A stretch of DNA of 28,836 nt from Piromyces finnis finn (taxonomy: Eukaryota; Fungi; Neocallimastigomycota). The DNA lies in assembly GCA_002104945.1 (NCBI GenBank), contig MCFH01000137.1, positions 1 through 28,836 of the forward strand, in the 5' to 3' direction. A program made the position numbers and the translations under genes. Positions 1 through 12,284 of this stretch are shown piece by piece. Position 1 is the first letter of the stretch. Every line of letters begins with the position of its first letter. The notes beneath the pieces were generated by a model. It saw only the letters and a list, made by a program, of their open reading frames with translations. It made no database searches and had not been told where the DNA came from.

Positions 1-824
1 TCCCCTTTTTTGTTCTTGATGTTTTTCCTGCTTCTTTTTCGATATTATTTACTCTGTTCTTGCTATCTCGTTTTTATTCTTTTTCTTGTTCCTGCTTCTC
101 TTGTTGTTGTTATGATCTTGTTTTTTTATAGTAGTTCTTTTCTTCCTTTTTTATTACCTCCACAATTACTAGTTACTGATGTGTCTTGTATTTCTCCATT
201 ATTTATTTTCAATTAACATCCCATGTTCTTTTATATAAGGCAATACCATATTTAATAAAATTATTATAATCGTTAGCTCTAGATTTTTCTTCAATTTGGT
301 TTATAGCATCTTCACATTCCTTTAAAAGACAGATTTTGATAAAAAATTCTATCTTCTTTTTCTTCCTCTTCATAATTTATTTTTTCATGTATTTTTTTAT
401 TTTTTAATTTAACTTTATTAATATATTTTTTTTAAAATCTTAACTTTAATTAAAATATTATTTTTTTCTATTATTAAAATACTTTCCAATAGGAAATCCG
501 AAATCATATCTCCATATCCACTATTTTAACATATTCATATTACTTTAATGATTCGATTTAACACACTATTTTTATATTTTTTTAATTTGACTTAAATTTT
601 CATTTTTTTTCAGTTAATTTGGGTTTAAGATGTTCAATAGTGTATTTGTAATCTTTAGATTCTTCATCTTTAAAATTTAAATAAAGAACAGGATATTTAT
701 AAAATCCTCTCATGCTTTTTCTATTTTTAGAAACTTCTAAACTATCAAATAAATCATTTCTTAAATTTTTTCTATTAATAGGCCTTTCAAAGAATTCTTG
801 AATCATTTTTAAATTAAAACTTTT

Positions 825-962
825 ATTGAGGAAAAGGAATCGATACTCAGTCCTAATAAATCCCAAATGCTTTCATCAAAACTCAATGATCCTGATATTT
901 CAACAGATGAACTTTCCAAAGAATTTACTTCAGCTGCTCTTTCAATTGAAGATGTATTAAAT
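825..962 (+). mobile_element. Fragment of LINE pol (post-endonuclease linker), left-arm copy
   Basis: Translates as IEEKESILSPNKSQMLSSKLNDPDISTDELSKEFTSAALSIEDVLN, 34/46 identical by hand alignment to IEEKESILSHNKFQILSAKLNDSNFSTDELSKEFTSTAFSIADELS in the LINE ORF at 11271-11408. Confidence 0.9.
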
Positions 963-2069
963 ATTATATATTTATATGTTTTTCTTGATAATAGAAAATA
1001 AAATTTATCGTTATTATTTTTCTCACTTTTATCTTCATATGATATAAATAAAGCTTTATTAAAAAAAAATGAAAACTAAAATAATTATCAATTTTTTTTT
1101 AATTAAATAGATTTCATAATATTTGTTTTTCATGGAAAAGCTGAATTTTTTAAATAATTTTATATTTATATTAATTAATTATTATATATTTCATAATTAT
1201 AATGATTTAAAAAATTTATAATAATTATCTTTATTTGTTAAAGTATGATTTTATTTTTGTTTTTAAATTAAAAGTGAAGGTCGTTATTATTTCTAACCAA
1301 ACTTCTAATAAATATAATAATAATTAAACCTTAATCATGTTTAATGATTTATAATAATTTATGTAATATCAAGTTAAAAAATAGGTGTTAAAATAAAATA
1401 TAATAATATGCCTTGTTTAAAATTGTAGGATATTTTAAATATATTTTACTTTTCATGAAAATTCAATATTTTTACTATTTGTATTTCTTAATTTTATCAA
1501 TTATTTGCATAATCTATAAAAGAAATAGATTTATATAACAAATAGTAAAAATATTGAATTTTCATGAAAAGTAAAATATATTTAAAATATCCTACAATTT
1601 TAAACAAGGCATATTCATTATATTTTATTTTAACACCTATTTTTTAACTTGATATTACATAAATTATATTATAAATCATTAAACATGATTAAGGTTTAAT
1701 TATTATTAATATTTATTAGAAGTTTGGTTAGAAATAATAACGACCTTCACTTTTAATTTAAAAACAAAAATAAAATCATACTTTAACAAATAAAAGATAA
1801 TTATTATAAAATTTTTAAATCATTATAATTATGAATATATAGATAATAATTTTATAATTAATATAAATATAAAATTATTTAAAAAATTCAGCTTTTCCAT
1901 GAAAAACAAATATTATGAAATCTATTTAATTAAAAAAAAATTGATAATTATTTTAGTTTTCATTTTTTTTTAATAAAGCTTTATTTATATCATATGAAGA
2001 TAAAAGTGAGAAAAATAATAACGATAAATTTTATTTTCTATTATCAAGAAAAACATATAAATATATAAT

Positions 2070-2207
2070 ATTTAATACATCTTCAATTGAAAGAGCAGCT
2101 GAAGTAAATTCTTTGGAAAGTTCATCTGTTGAAATATCAGGATCATTGAGTTTTGATGAAAGCATTTGGGATTTATTAGGACTGAGTATCGATTCCTTTT
2201 CCTCAAT
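2070..2207 (-). mobile_element. Fragment of LINE pol, right-arm mirror copy
   Basis: Reverse complement of 825-962; same peptide. Confidence 0.9.
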
Positions 2208-2432
2208 AAAAGTTTTAATTTAAAAATGATTCAAGAATTCTTTGAAAGGCCTATTAATAGAAAAAATTTAAGAAATGATTTATTTGATAGTTTAGAAGTT
2301 TCTAAAAATAGAAAAAGCATGAGAGGATTTTATAAATATCCTGTTCTTTATTTAAATTTTAAAGATGAAGAATCTAAAGATTACAAATACACTATTGAAC
2401 ATCTTAAACCCAAATTAACTGAAAAAAAATGA
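2208..2432 (+). pseudogene. Remnant of AAA-ATPase-like domain (PF09820-type) gene; mirrored at about 600-824 on the minus strand
   Basis: KSFNLKMIQEFFE...DLFDSLEVSK...FYKYPVLYLNFKD resembles the family pattern GKSLNLSMLxxFF...LFxxLxIxK...KYPVIxLxFKD recalled from memory. The Walker A region is cut off by the antisense LINE fragment. Confidence 0.65.
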
Positions 2433-2469
2433 AAATTTAAGTCAAATTAAAAAATATAAAAATAGTATG

Positions 2470-2802
2470 TTAAATCGAATCATTAAAAGTAATATGAATA
2501 TGTTAAAATAGTGGATATGGCAGATATGATTTCGGATTTCCTATTGGAAAGTATTTTAATAATAAAGAAAAAAATATATTTTAATTAAAGTTAAGATTTT
2601 TAAAAAAAAATAAAAAAATACATGAAAAAATAAATTATGAAGAGGAAGAAAAAGAAGATAAGAATTTTTTATCAAAATCTGTCTTTTAAAGGAATGTGAA
2701 GATGCTATAAACCAAATTGAAGAAAAATCTAGAGCTAACGATTATAATAATTTTATTAAATATGGTATTGCCTTATATAAAAGAACATGGGATGTTAATT
2801 GA
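2470..2802 (+). pseudogene. Frameshifted C-terminal remnant of PD-(D/E)XK_9 (DUF1703/PF08011-type) nuclease domain; mirrored at about 209-560 on the minus strand
   Basis: Reads IIKSN...NSGYGRYDFGFP across frameshifts, then LKECEDAINQIEEK...FIKYGIALYKRTWDVN* (2686-2802). These match the recalled family motifs SNRESGYGRYD and ALxQIEEKxY...KYGIAF. Confidence 0.72.
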
Positions 2803-5426
2803 AAATAAATAATGGAGAAATACAAGACACATCAGTAACTAGTAATTGTGGAGGTAATAAAAAAGGAAGAAAAGAACTACTATAAAAAAACAAGAGTCAT
2901 AACAACAACAAGAGAAGCAGGAACAAGAAAAAGAATAAAAACGAGAATAGCATAGAACAGAGTAAATAATATCGAAAAAGAAGCAGGAAAAACATCAAGA
3001 ACAAAAAAAGGGGATAAAATAAAGTTAAATAGTTATAATTTGTTTATTTGTTTTATTTATAACCATGGTTTTTAAATTATTTTATTGTAGTATTAATTAT
3101 TCTCATGCATTGATAAATACTTCTGATATTATTTAATAAATGAAAGTTAAATATATTTATCACAACTACTTTAGGAAGATTTTTATTTTTATATCTAATA
3201 TTATGAGATAGTGATTTGAATTAGATGAATAAGAAAGTGATCATTTAAAAATATCGTGAGCTTTACTAATTTGTATTTCAATGTTTATTATTTCATCACT
3301 TCTTGTTATTACTTTTACATTTATCATAATAATATTTTCCACCCAGTTTAAATAAATCAATCATAAATTTTTTAAGACCTTTTTCTTCTGTAGTTTCAAT
3401 TATAATAATTAAAAAATTTGTGTCATTAACAAATGAAAATAAATCCGTTTAATTTATTCTTTTTCTAGGCATTCAGATAAAGCAATTGTAAAGCTTTTTA
3501 TAATCACATTTTTATTTCTTTAGACTATAAAAAACCTATTAAAAATTAATATATTTTATATTTTCATTTTTGAAGAATATAAAATATAAATTATAAAAAT
3601 AAGTAAATATATTTTTAGAGTAAAATTAGAGAGAGGATAGATTTTATAAAAATTGATATATAAACCTCCTTTTTTTTTAATTTTTTGTTTTTTTATATTT
3701 AATTTATACGTGATGTATCTAGATTTCTTTCCACAATATTAAAAAAAATAAGAATCTAAATAAAATAACATAACTATAAAAAAATATTTCTAGTATATAT
3801 GTTTAATCTTTATAATAAAAATAAAAATGCTTTTTTTTTTTTTCTAATTCATAGTTTATAAAACTAATGGTGGAAATAAATCCGCTTAAATTTCATTTTT
3901 ATTTTTAAAAAAAATAAATATAAAAATAAAATAATAGATTAAACATAGGTTAAATATTTTTTATATAAAAATAATAAATTATTATTTAGTTAACTACTTC
4001 GCAAGTTATTACTTGTTTCTTAATATAAACTAATTATTCTTTTTAAATATTTATATTTATAATTTTATTATTAAATTTTAATAATGTCTTTATTTTTGTT
4101 ATATAATTTTGCTTATTCAACTACCTTTTTTTAAATTTTAAATATTATTTCTATATAATAAGTATAAGTTGTATATTTGTATATTATTTTATGGTACTTG
4201 TATATATTTTGATTATTGAAAGAAAATAATAAACTAGGCATAGAATAGGATTCTATTGAAAGATTACTATATAGAATTTGTCGAGAATGAAAAGGACTTT
4301 ATTTTTAATAAATTTAAACATATATGTAAATATAGATTAATACCAATTGCATATTAAAAGAAATTATATATATTAAATAATATTAAAGACACAAAATTGT
4401 TGAATGATAATGACTAGATAATTATCCTATAAATATATTAAAATTAATACCTGAAAAAAATAACAACATTGAAAATTTTGAAAATAATTTGAATAAAGAA
4501 AACAAAAAAAGAAAAAATAACAAGGTTTCTTGAAAGGGAAATTTACATGTTTCATATTATATATTATAAAGAAAATTGAATGAATGACGTAAAATATTAA
4601 AAATATAAAAAATTAATTGAGAATTTTAACATGAAAATATACGTTAATGTAGATTTTTTTTGTGATAAATAACGAATATATGGTGATATAATAAAAATAA
4701 AAATGTTGAAGATTCGGATAATTATCATAATTATTAAATGCTGTCATGGTAGTATAAGAATTACAAAAAGTAGAAATTATGTTCTATGAAAGAGATACCT
4801 GATGCCTATGATAATATTATTTGTAAAACTATTACTATGTTTTAATTTTTCAGGTGATCAAATATTAATTAGATTCACATCATGTATTACTTTCTTTACC
4901 TAACCAATATCTATTAATTTCCAATTGCTTGATTTGACACTATATGAAAATGATTTATATCCCTTCATATAAATATGAAAAAGCGATGAAGAATCAAGAA
5001 AAACTAATATACACAATGAATATTTTTAATCAAACATAAAATATAAAGTTTTACAACAAATATAAGTAATTGACGGAAGTTATTCAGTTTCAAAATTTGA
5101 AATTCTATATGAATTTGACTGTTAAAAAAGTATTAAAATAATAGATATAGATTTTATTTTCTATTATCAACAAAAAAACACATAAATGTCAATTGAATCA
5201 AATAAATTAAATAGTAGAACTACTTTATATGAAAATGCAACAAATAATAATCCAATTAGAAGATTAATTATATGATAAAAAATATAGGTGATAGCAAATG
5301 TAGTTATAGTAAATATATGGATATGAGTTTTAAAGAAAAAACAATAGAATGAAATTGAGTATTTAGAAAAATTAGTAGTAGAAGATTTTATACCTTAAAA
5401 GTAATATATGTTTAAATTATAAATTA

Positions 5427-6251
5427 ATGTTGGACAATAACCAGGTTAAAAGATGCATGGATAAAATCATCAATGAAAAAAGAAATAAATTAAATAATAT
5501 TATTAAAGAATGCGACATTGAGAAATTGATTTGTTTTTATCAAGATAATGATGCATTAATGGACAATATTAACGATTCAAATTATGATGTACTCTCCAAT
5601 GCTATATCTTTCGGGTTACCTTTGGATTTTATTGAATCTATTATTAATTTATTTTCATATTCAAACTTTGATTATGAAGTTCCAAAAAACATTTTCGCAG
5701 AAACAATAACTCCCGCGGTTTATTCTCTTTTATTAAGTAGAAGCGATGTATGTTCTTTGCTCATTTCCAATGGTGCAGATATAAATTATGGATTTATAGA
5801 TAGTACTAATTCATTTAATATTTTAATAGATTTTTTAATTTTTCATAGGAAAGCATCTTTTAATGTTTTATATTATATTATTGAAAAATTAAAAAATGAA
5901 AGTAAAAAAATTGAAAAATTGAGAATCCCAGAATACGTATTTCATATAATAATTAAACATAAAAAGAATGAATATTTCCCACTTTTGGCAAAAGAATATT
6001 TATGCTATAAAAAATTTCCAACAGGATGGTACTCTATGGCATTAAAATATAATAATTATGAAGTCGTAAATGATATGTATGTGCTTGATGAAAGCACACC
6101 AGATCAAAAGGTAAAATTTATTTTAGAAGAATTAAAGAGAATTGGAAGTAATGACAAAGATGTCTATATATTATCTATGACAATTAAAAATCAAGAATTT
6201 ATTAAATATTTCAATAAATATAATGATTACAATGAATGGATAACTAATTAA
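5427..6251 (+). CDS. Ankyrin-repeat-like protein (274 aa; the true start may be Met at 5457)
   Basis: Long ORF in AT-rich DNA with ankyrin-like segments YDVLSNAISFGLPLDFIESII and TPAVYSLLLSRSDVCSLLISNGADINY. Confidence 0.7.
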   Translation: MLDNNQVKRCMDKIINEKRNKLNNIIKECDIEKLICFYQDNDALMDNINDSNYDVLSNAISFGLPLDFIESIINLFSYSNFDYEVPKNIFAETITPAVYSLLLSRSDVCSLLISNGADINYGFIDSTNSFNILIDFLIFHRKASFNVLYYIIEKLKNESKKIEKLRIPEYVFHIIIKHKKNEYFPLLAKEYLCYKKFPTGWYSMALKYNNYEVVNDMYVLDESTPDQKVKFILEELKRIGSNDKDVYILSMTIKNQEFIKYFNKYNDYNEWITN

Positions 6252-7140
6252 AATAATTTTATATTTAAATTTTTATATTTAAATTTTTTCTTGTTTTATA
6301 TTTTTATTAATAAAAAAGACATGTAATAATTCATTTTTAAAATAAAATATAAATAAAATAATAAAAATATAATAAAAAAATAAATTATTTCTTAAAGTAT
6401 AAAAATTTTAAAAAAAAGTTTAAGTTTTTTCGTGTCAAAGTTCAAATGCAATTTTTTTTTTTTTTAGATCAAATTTTTTTAAATGGACGATGAATAATTA
6501 ATTAATGAATGAATGAAAAATTAATAAAAAATTCAAACTTTGAAAATTTTCAAAAATTTCAATATTTTTTAAAATTTTACTTGAAAAAAGTTTAAATAAA
6601 ATGTTTTAAATAAAAAAAAATTTTAAAATTTTAAAAGTTATTGCCATGTTATAGCCCACAAATATATTATTACACATTTACTTTACTTAGTGAATTAATG
6701 CTAAAATGCCATTTATTAAAAAAATTTTATCATGAAAAAAATATTTTAATATAAAAGAAATAAATGAAAAAGATTTACGCAATTCACAATTAAAAAAATA
6801 AAAATATATATAAAAAATGAAAATGAAATGTATTGTAAATATTTTAATATTATAAATTTATGCAAGAAATGTTTATTATATTTTATATATTATTAAATAT
6901 CAAGTCAATATAAGATATTGTAAATTAATAATTATAATAATAATCTTATTATGATTAATTTTTATTTATATTGTAAAGAATATAGAGAAAATAAATAATT
7001 TTATATATTTTTATTTATTATTACAAACTTTTCTTAATTTTTACTTATTTTTTAATTTTTATTGTTATTTTTAAATTGATTAAAAACTAATACTATTTAT
7101 ATATTATAATTTTATTATATAATTACTTATTTATATTATT

Positions 7141-7148
7141 ATTATTGC

Positions 7149-7207
<59 letters not shown>

Positions 7208-7233
7208 GTAGTAGTAGTAGTAGTAGTAGTAGT
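7141..7233. repeat. Compound microsatellite (TTA)n followed by (GTA)n
   Basis: Directly visible trinucleotide runs. Confidence 0.95.
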
Positions 7234-8777
7234 ATTAAGCATCATGTTTTAATTTAAAAATATTTTAAATTTAAAAAAAAACGATTAACCCCTAGTAATA
7301 TAATCTAACCCTTTATAAATTTTGTTTAAAAATATTACATCTATGACAGTGGTAATTTATTATTTTAATTATATACAAATGATATAGCACACAGTTTTAT
7401 TATTACTCATTTACTTTACTTAATAAAATAGTATTAAAATACCATTTTTAAAGAATAATTGAAGTAAAAATAAATATTTACACATATATTTTTATTTTTT
7501 CAATGTAAGTTTTATAAATTATCATCTTTCTTTTATGTCCTATTTAAACAGTTTTCTCATGATAAAAATTAGCCATAAAATTGTTTAAGTATTTTGTTTA
7601 AATTTCTTTTATAAAATATTTCGAGTTGTTTATATATACTATAAAAGAAAAATATATAAAACATATAATAAATAGTTGAAAATTGAATTAATATAAAAAA
7701 TGAAGTACACTTTAAATATTTCAATACAACTTTATACAAGACATATTTATTATATTTATTATATTTTATTTTAACTTGCTATTCTATATAAGTTAGAAAA
7801 ACATTAAACTTTATATTAAATAATAATGATGATGATGGTGATAATGGTAATAATTAGATATTTTTTTTCGTTTTTAATACTAATTAATACTTGATTTTAT
7901 ATTTTATTTGGTAGAAATGTAGAAATGTAGTTAGAAATTACTTATCAATATAGATTTTGATTAATTTAAATTATAATCTATATATACATCTTTGAATAGT
8001 AAATTAGAACCATTACTCTACCATTTAATAATTAACTATAATTTTTAAATATACATTAATAAATATAGGTAAATTCTTAATATTTTTTAATAGATAAAAA
8101 TGTAATTTGACATATGGAAGAGTTTAAAATTTTACTTATTTCAAAATCATTAAATAAAAGAATAAATCAAATGATATATATATCTGAATAAAAGAATTAT
8201 TAATTAAATAAAATAACGAAAGAATCAATTTATTAATAGATAAATGAATGAATCTATTATTATATTAATGAATAAATAAATTAATATATATAAATTAATA
8301 AATGAATATGCAAATAAATGACTATTTTAACTAAAATAATTTGAAAAGTCTCAATGTTTTATTTTACAATTTTAATTTCTAATATATTAAAATAAAGAAT
8401 TTTTTAAAGATAGTTGAAAATAAATATTAAATATTAAGATGTTATTATATTAAAATATACTTAATAGTTAAAGTTTATATATATTAAAGAAATTAAAAAT
8501 AAAAAAGTAATAAAATATAAATAATCTATAATGTGTAATACTTTAAGTTAATAAAAATGTAATTTAGGAAAAAATAAATTATCTTTTATTTTACAATTTT
8601 AATTCATAATATTGCTTATTTTTTTTTAATTTTCAAGTTTTAAATATTAAAGCATTTCAATATTTAAATAAAATATGCTTTAATGTAAATAGTGTAATAT
8701 GTATAAATAACATAATATATTAAAACATTTTAATGATATATACACATACATGATATGATATACAAGTTTATTATTAT

Positions 8778-8814
8778 TCATTTATTGTCATTATTATTAT
8801 TATTATTATTATTG

Positions 8815-8855
<41 letters not shown>

Positions 8856-11800
8856 GCTATCTCTACTGTTATCAACATCTTCATTATTATTGATAGGACT
8901 ATCGGAATTACGTTGATTGAAAAAATTTAATAGTTGGACTATGTAATCATAATATTTAATACGGATATCTCTAAATGTTGGACAATCTAATAACCAATGT
9001 TTAATATTTTGATCTCCACTCTTGCAACATGGACAGTAGTTAGGACAAACTGGATCAACGAATTTAGCGGTTTTTGCAACTCTAGCATCCAACTTGTATC
9101 CGCTTCTTGCTTTCAAAAGCCAGTAGAAACCATAGACAAACTCTGGGTACTCATAGCATAATTTAATAAAGTCTTTAGTTTCAATAAATTTATTATCGTC
9201 ATAGTATTGAGCTTTGATTGATTTTCCTTTGAGATCTTTCCAATAAAAGTTTTTAACTGCTTTAACATCTCCATGCTTCTTTAATTTTTTATCAAGTGTC
9301 CTACTTGATTTGCACCATGTATATTTTCTAAATTTAGGAATGTACTTGACAAGGTGTGAAATAATACAATTTGAGCTTTTCCACTTGTTAAAACATCTAA
9401 CCTGAGCTAATGCGCATTTGGCTGACAATGGAGGAATACCCAAATCTTTTGAAATAGAATATAGAGATATAAACGATACAGCTTTATGAACTCCTGCAAC
9501 CCACCGTATTCCTTTGTTAACATGCTTCTGAGCAATTCTAGACCTAGCTTTATTGGATCCAAGTAATGGTGCAAAGTATGAAACTCTGCTGATCACTTGT
9601 GAGTTAAGTACTAGCTTTTTGAAAGGAATAGGAATATTAGGGTTTCTTAAGAATTTACTGACTGAAAAAAGTCCTTTCAAAACCTTATTATTAAGAGCTT
9701 TAATAACTGGTTTAAGAGACAAATTCTTATCAAATGGAACACCAAGATAAGTGTAGCAATCAGTAGTTGGAATGGGTTGTCCTGCCAAGTAGAATGTTGG
9801 ATCTCTCTTGTTCTGATTTTCAACTGATTCAGGACGAATCACCATCGTTGAACATTTTTGGATACCAAATTCCATTTCATTATACATCGCCCATTCGTTA
9901 ACTTTTTTAAGCAACTTTTTTAAGCAGCATCTTGTAGGAGCACAAATAACTATATCATCTGCAAATAGTCCACCGCAGCATCGAATGCCTCCTAAACTGA
10001 CTCCAAGATCTTCGCACCCTTTAAAAATATCATTAATAAAGAGATTAAAGAGAATTGGAGAAAGTGGGCAACCTTGACGGACTCCTTTCTTCACATCAAA
10101 AGATTTCGAGAATTGTCCATCTAATTTGACATTAGCCTTAGATGTTAGATATAATTTTTTTATGAACTGTAAACTCTTACCTCTAATTCCTAAACAATCT
10201 AATTTATGTAGGATATTACCGATTGGGACTGAATCGTATGCTTTCCTAAGATCTAAAAAGGCCAAATATGTCTCTTTATTATCTAATTGACGTCTACGAC
10301 ATATTTCTTGGATTGAAATGAAAAAACTGATACTCTCTTCCTTTTTTCGAAAACCAAATTGTTCCGGTCTAATGAAATTGTTCTTAAGACCATATTCTGA
10401 AATTCTAGTGGTGACAATTTTGGAAATCAACTTAATACCATTATTGATAAGCGATATACCACGGTAGTTATCACAGTCTGTCAAATCACCCTTCTTCGGA
10501 ATAGAAACAATACTGGATTCATTCCATGAGTTGGGGAAGTCTCCATCCCAAATACGGTTGAATAATTTATGAATAAATTTTAAACCATGAGCATTATTAT
10601 CGGTAGTGGCATTACCAGAAGAATTATTATCAGTAGCATTATTAGAATCATTACTTGAAGGAATTAATGCTTTGAAAAATTCAATAGGAATACCATCCGG
10701 TCCTGATGCTTTATAATTTGGAGTAGAGAGGATAGCTGACTTGACTTCATCAATACTAATATCTTGATTGATATCCCATTCTTCAAGCATAGGGAGTGAA
10801 AAACGCTTATTCGTTGGTTCTTCATACCATTGCTCCAAGTCAAGACTTGCACCACTTGGATCAGATGCAAGATTTTCGAAATGATCATGCCATACCTCTA
10901 GTTGTTCTTCCGTAGCAACAACTAAATCTCCATTTTTATTTTTAATAGGCTGAGCAGTAAAGAAAGTATCTTTTCCGATTTTCGCAGTTTTCTTGATCCA
11001 TTTCCAAGCTTTCTTAGGATTATGACTCTTCATATACTCACAACCTGTTTTAATCCAATGAGGATATTCTTGTTTCCTGTACTCATTACATTTTTTATGA
11101 ATGTAGTTAATGAGCTTATTATAAATTTCAATCCTTTTAATCAATTCATCTATATCATAAATTCTTTCTTTTTTTAATTTCCTATACAGCTTCATTTTGA
11201 TTTTCTGAAGATTAAAAATTTGTTGTGAAATATGAAATGAAAATTTTATAATATTATTTACAGAAGTAATACTGAGCTCGTCTGCAATTGAAAAAGCAGT
11301 TGAAGTAAACTCTTTGGAGAGTTCATCTGTCGAAAAATTAGAATCGTTGAGTTTTGCTGAAAGTATTTGGAATTTATTGTGACTGAGAATAGATTCCTTT
11401 TCCTCAATACATTTTAATCTATTCCATTTCAGAATTTTCTTAGGAACACTAAAGTCATTAGAAAAATCATCCATAGGAATAACTTTACCATTAATAAGGA
11501 GTGGCTTATGATCTGAAACAGGATAAAAATCATTTATGAATGATCCTGAGTGAATAAGATCTTTCATCTTCGAGTTGATAAGAGCGTGATCAATGTCGGA
11601 AGATTGATCACCCCGAGTCCAAGAGATAGAAGAACCTTTGAGAGGAAGAACTTCCCAATCTCCTAATCCATTAGATGATAACCAGTTGGATAATTTTACT
11701 TTAGACATATTAAAATCACCAACAAGAATCGATGGATGAGATGAGTGAGTTTGTAACCACAAGCGAACTTCTAACTTTGCATGATCTACATAGATGTTGT

Positions 11801-12284
11801 GATGTCTATGAGGCATATAAACATTCCCAATCGAGCATTTGAATTTATTCCAAAGGCTAAAAGTATAAATAGAGATAATATACTTACCTAAGAAGTTTTC
11901 AAGTGAGGCTTGACACGAATTGTGAATACCTAAATATAAACCTCTCATTCCAGGAACTGATTCATCAGCTTTCTTGAAAAAGTGTCTATAATTTCGTAAA
12001 GTAACACAACAAGGATACTCTGTATTCGATCCAGAACCATTACCAGTTTCTTGAAAGCATAAAAATAATGGTTTAAAAATAGCTGTGAAATAGCTAATGC
12101 TATCTCTCTTCTCATGATTCCACCCATTGGTATTCCAACTAAGACAGAAAGAAAAATTATCGGGCTTGTTGGATGAGCAAGAATCGTTGCTATAACTATT
12201 ATTATTATTATTGTCATCGTTATTAATGGATGATGTGTCAGAGGAATTAGATGACCTATTATCAGATGCGGTGTAATTGATGAA
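8778..12284 (-). CDS. LINE pol reading frame (APE-RT-zinc finger), open for 1169 codons; extends upstream of the called Met at 11948
   Basis: APE motifs WNTNG (12123-12137) and CFQET (12045-12059) lie upstream of the called start in the same frame, followed by GDFN, SDIDH and SDH. RT motifs: KASGPDGIP, YRGISL, QFGFR, FLDLRKAYDSV, GVRQGCPLSPILFNL, LFADD, YTYLG. Zinc finger: CPCC-x8-H-x4-C. The frame is closed upstream by TAG at 12285-12287. Confidence 0.93.

Larger units (their letters stand above)
1..3014. repeat. Giant inverted repeat (palindrome): left arm 1-1482, right arm 1538-3014, 55-bp spacer 1483-1537
   Basis: Base 1 onward (TCCCCTTTTTTGTTCTTGATG) is the reverse complement of the sequence ending at 3014; the arms match inward to ...TTACTATTTGT(1482) / (1538)ACAAATAGTAA. 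The same 88-aa ORF appears on opposite strands (600-866 minus, 2166-2432 plus). Arms differ by scattered 1-bp indels and one ~24-bp insertion (about 406-430, left arm). The left arm is cut by the window edge. Confidence 0.97.

Noticed and set aside
10-216. 68-aa hydrophobic ORF
   Set aside because: T-rich antisense shadow within the palindrome arm; its mirror in the right arm is not preserved as a coherent gene.
600-866. 88-aa ORF (and identical copy at 2166-2432) as an intact gene
   Set aside because: Its first ~14 codons are antisense LINE sequence fused to an ATPase remnant, so it is a chimeric pseudogene.
9553-10888. Short ORFs 9553-9750 (+) and 10664-10888 (-)
   Set aside because: Alternative-frame shadows inside the LINE pol ORF.
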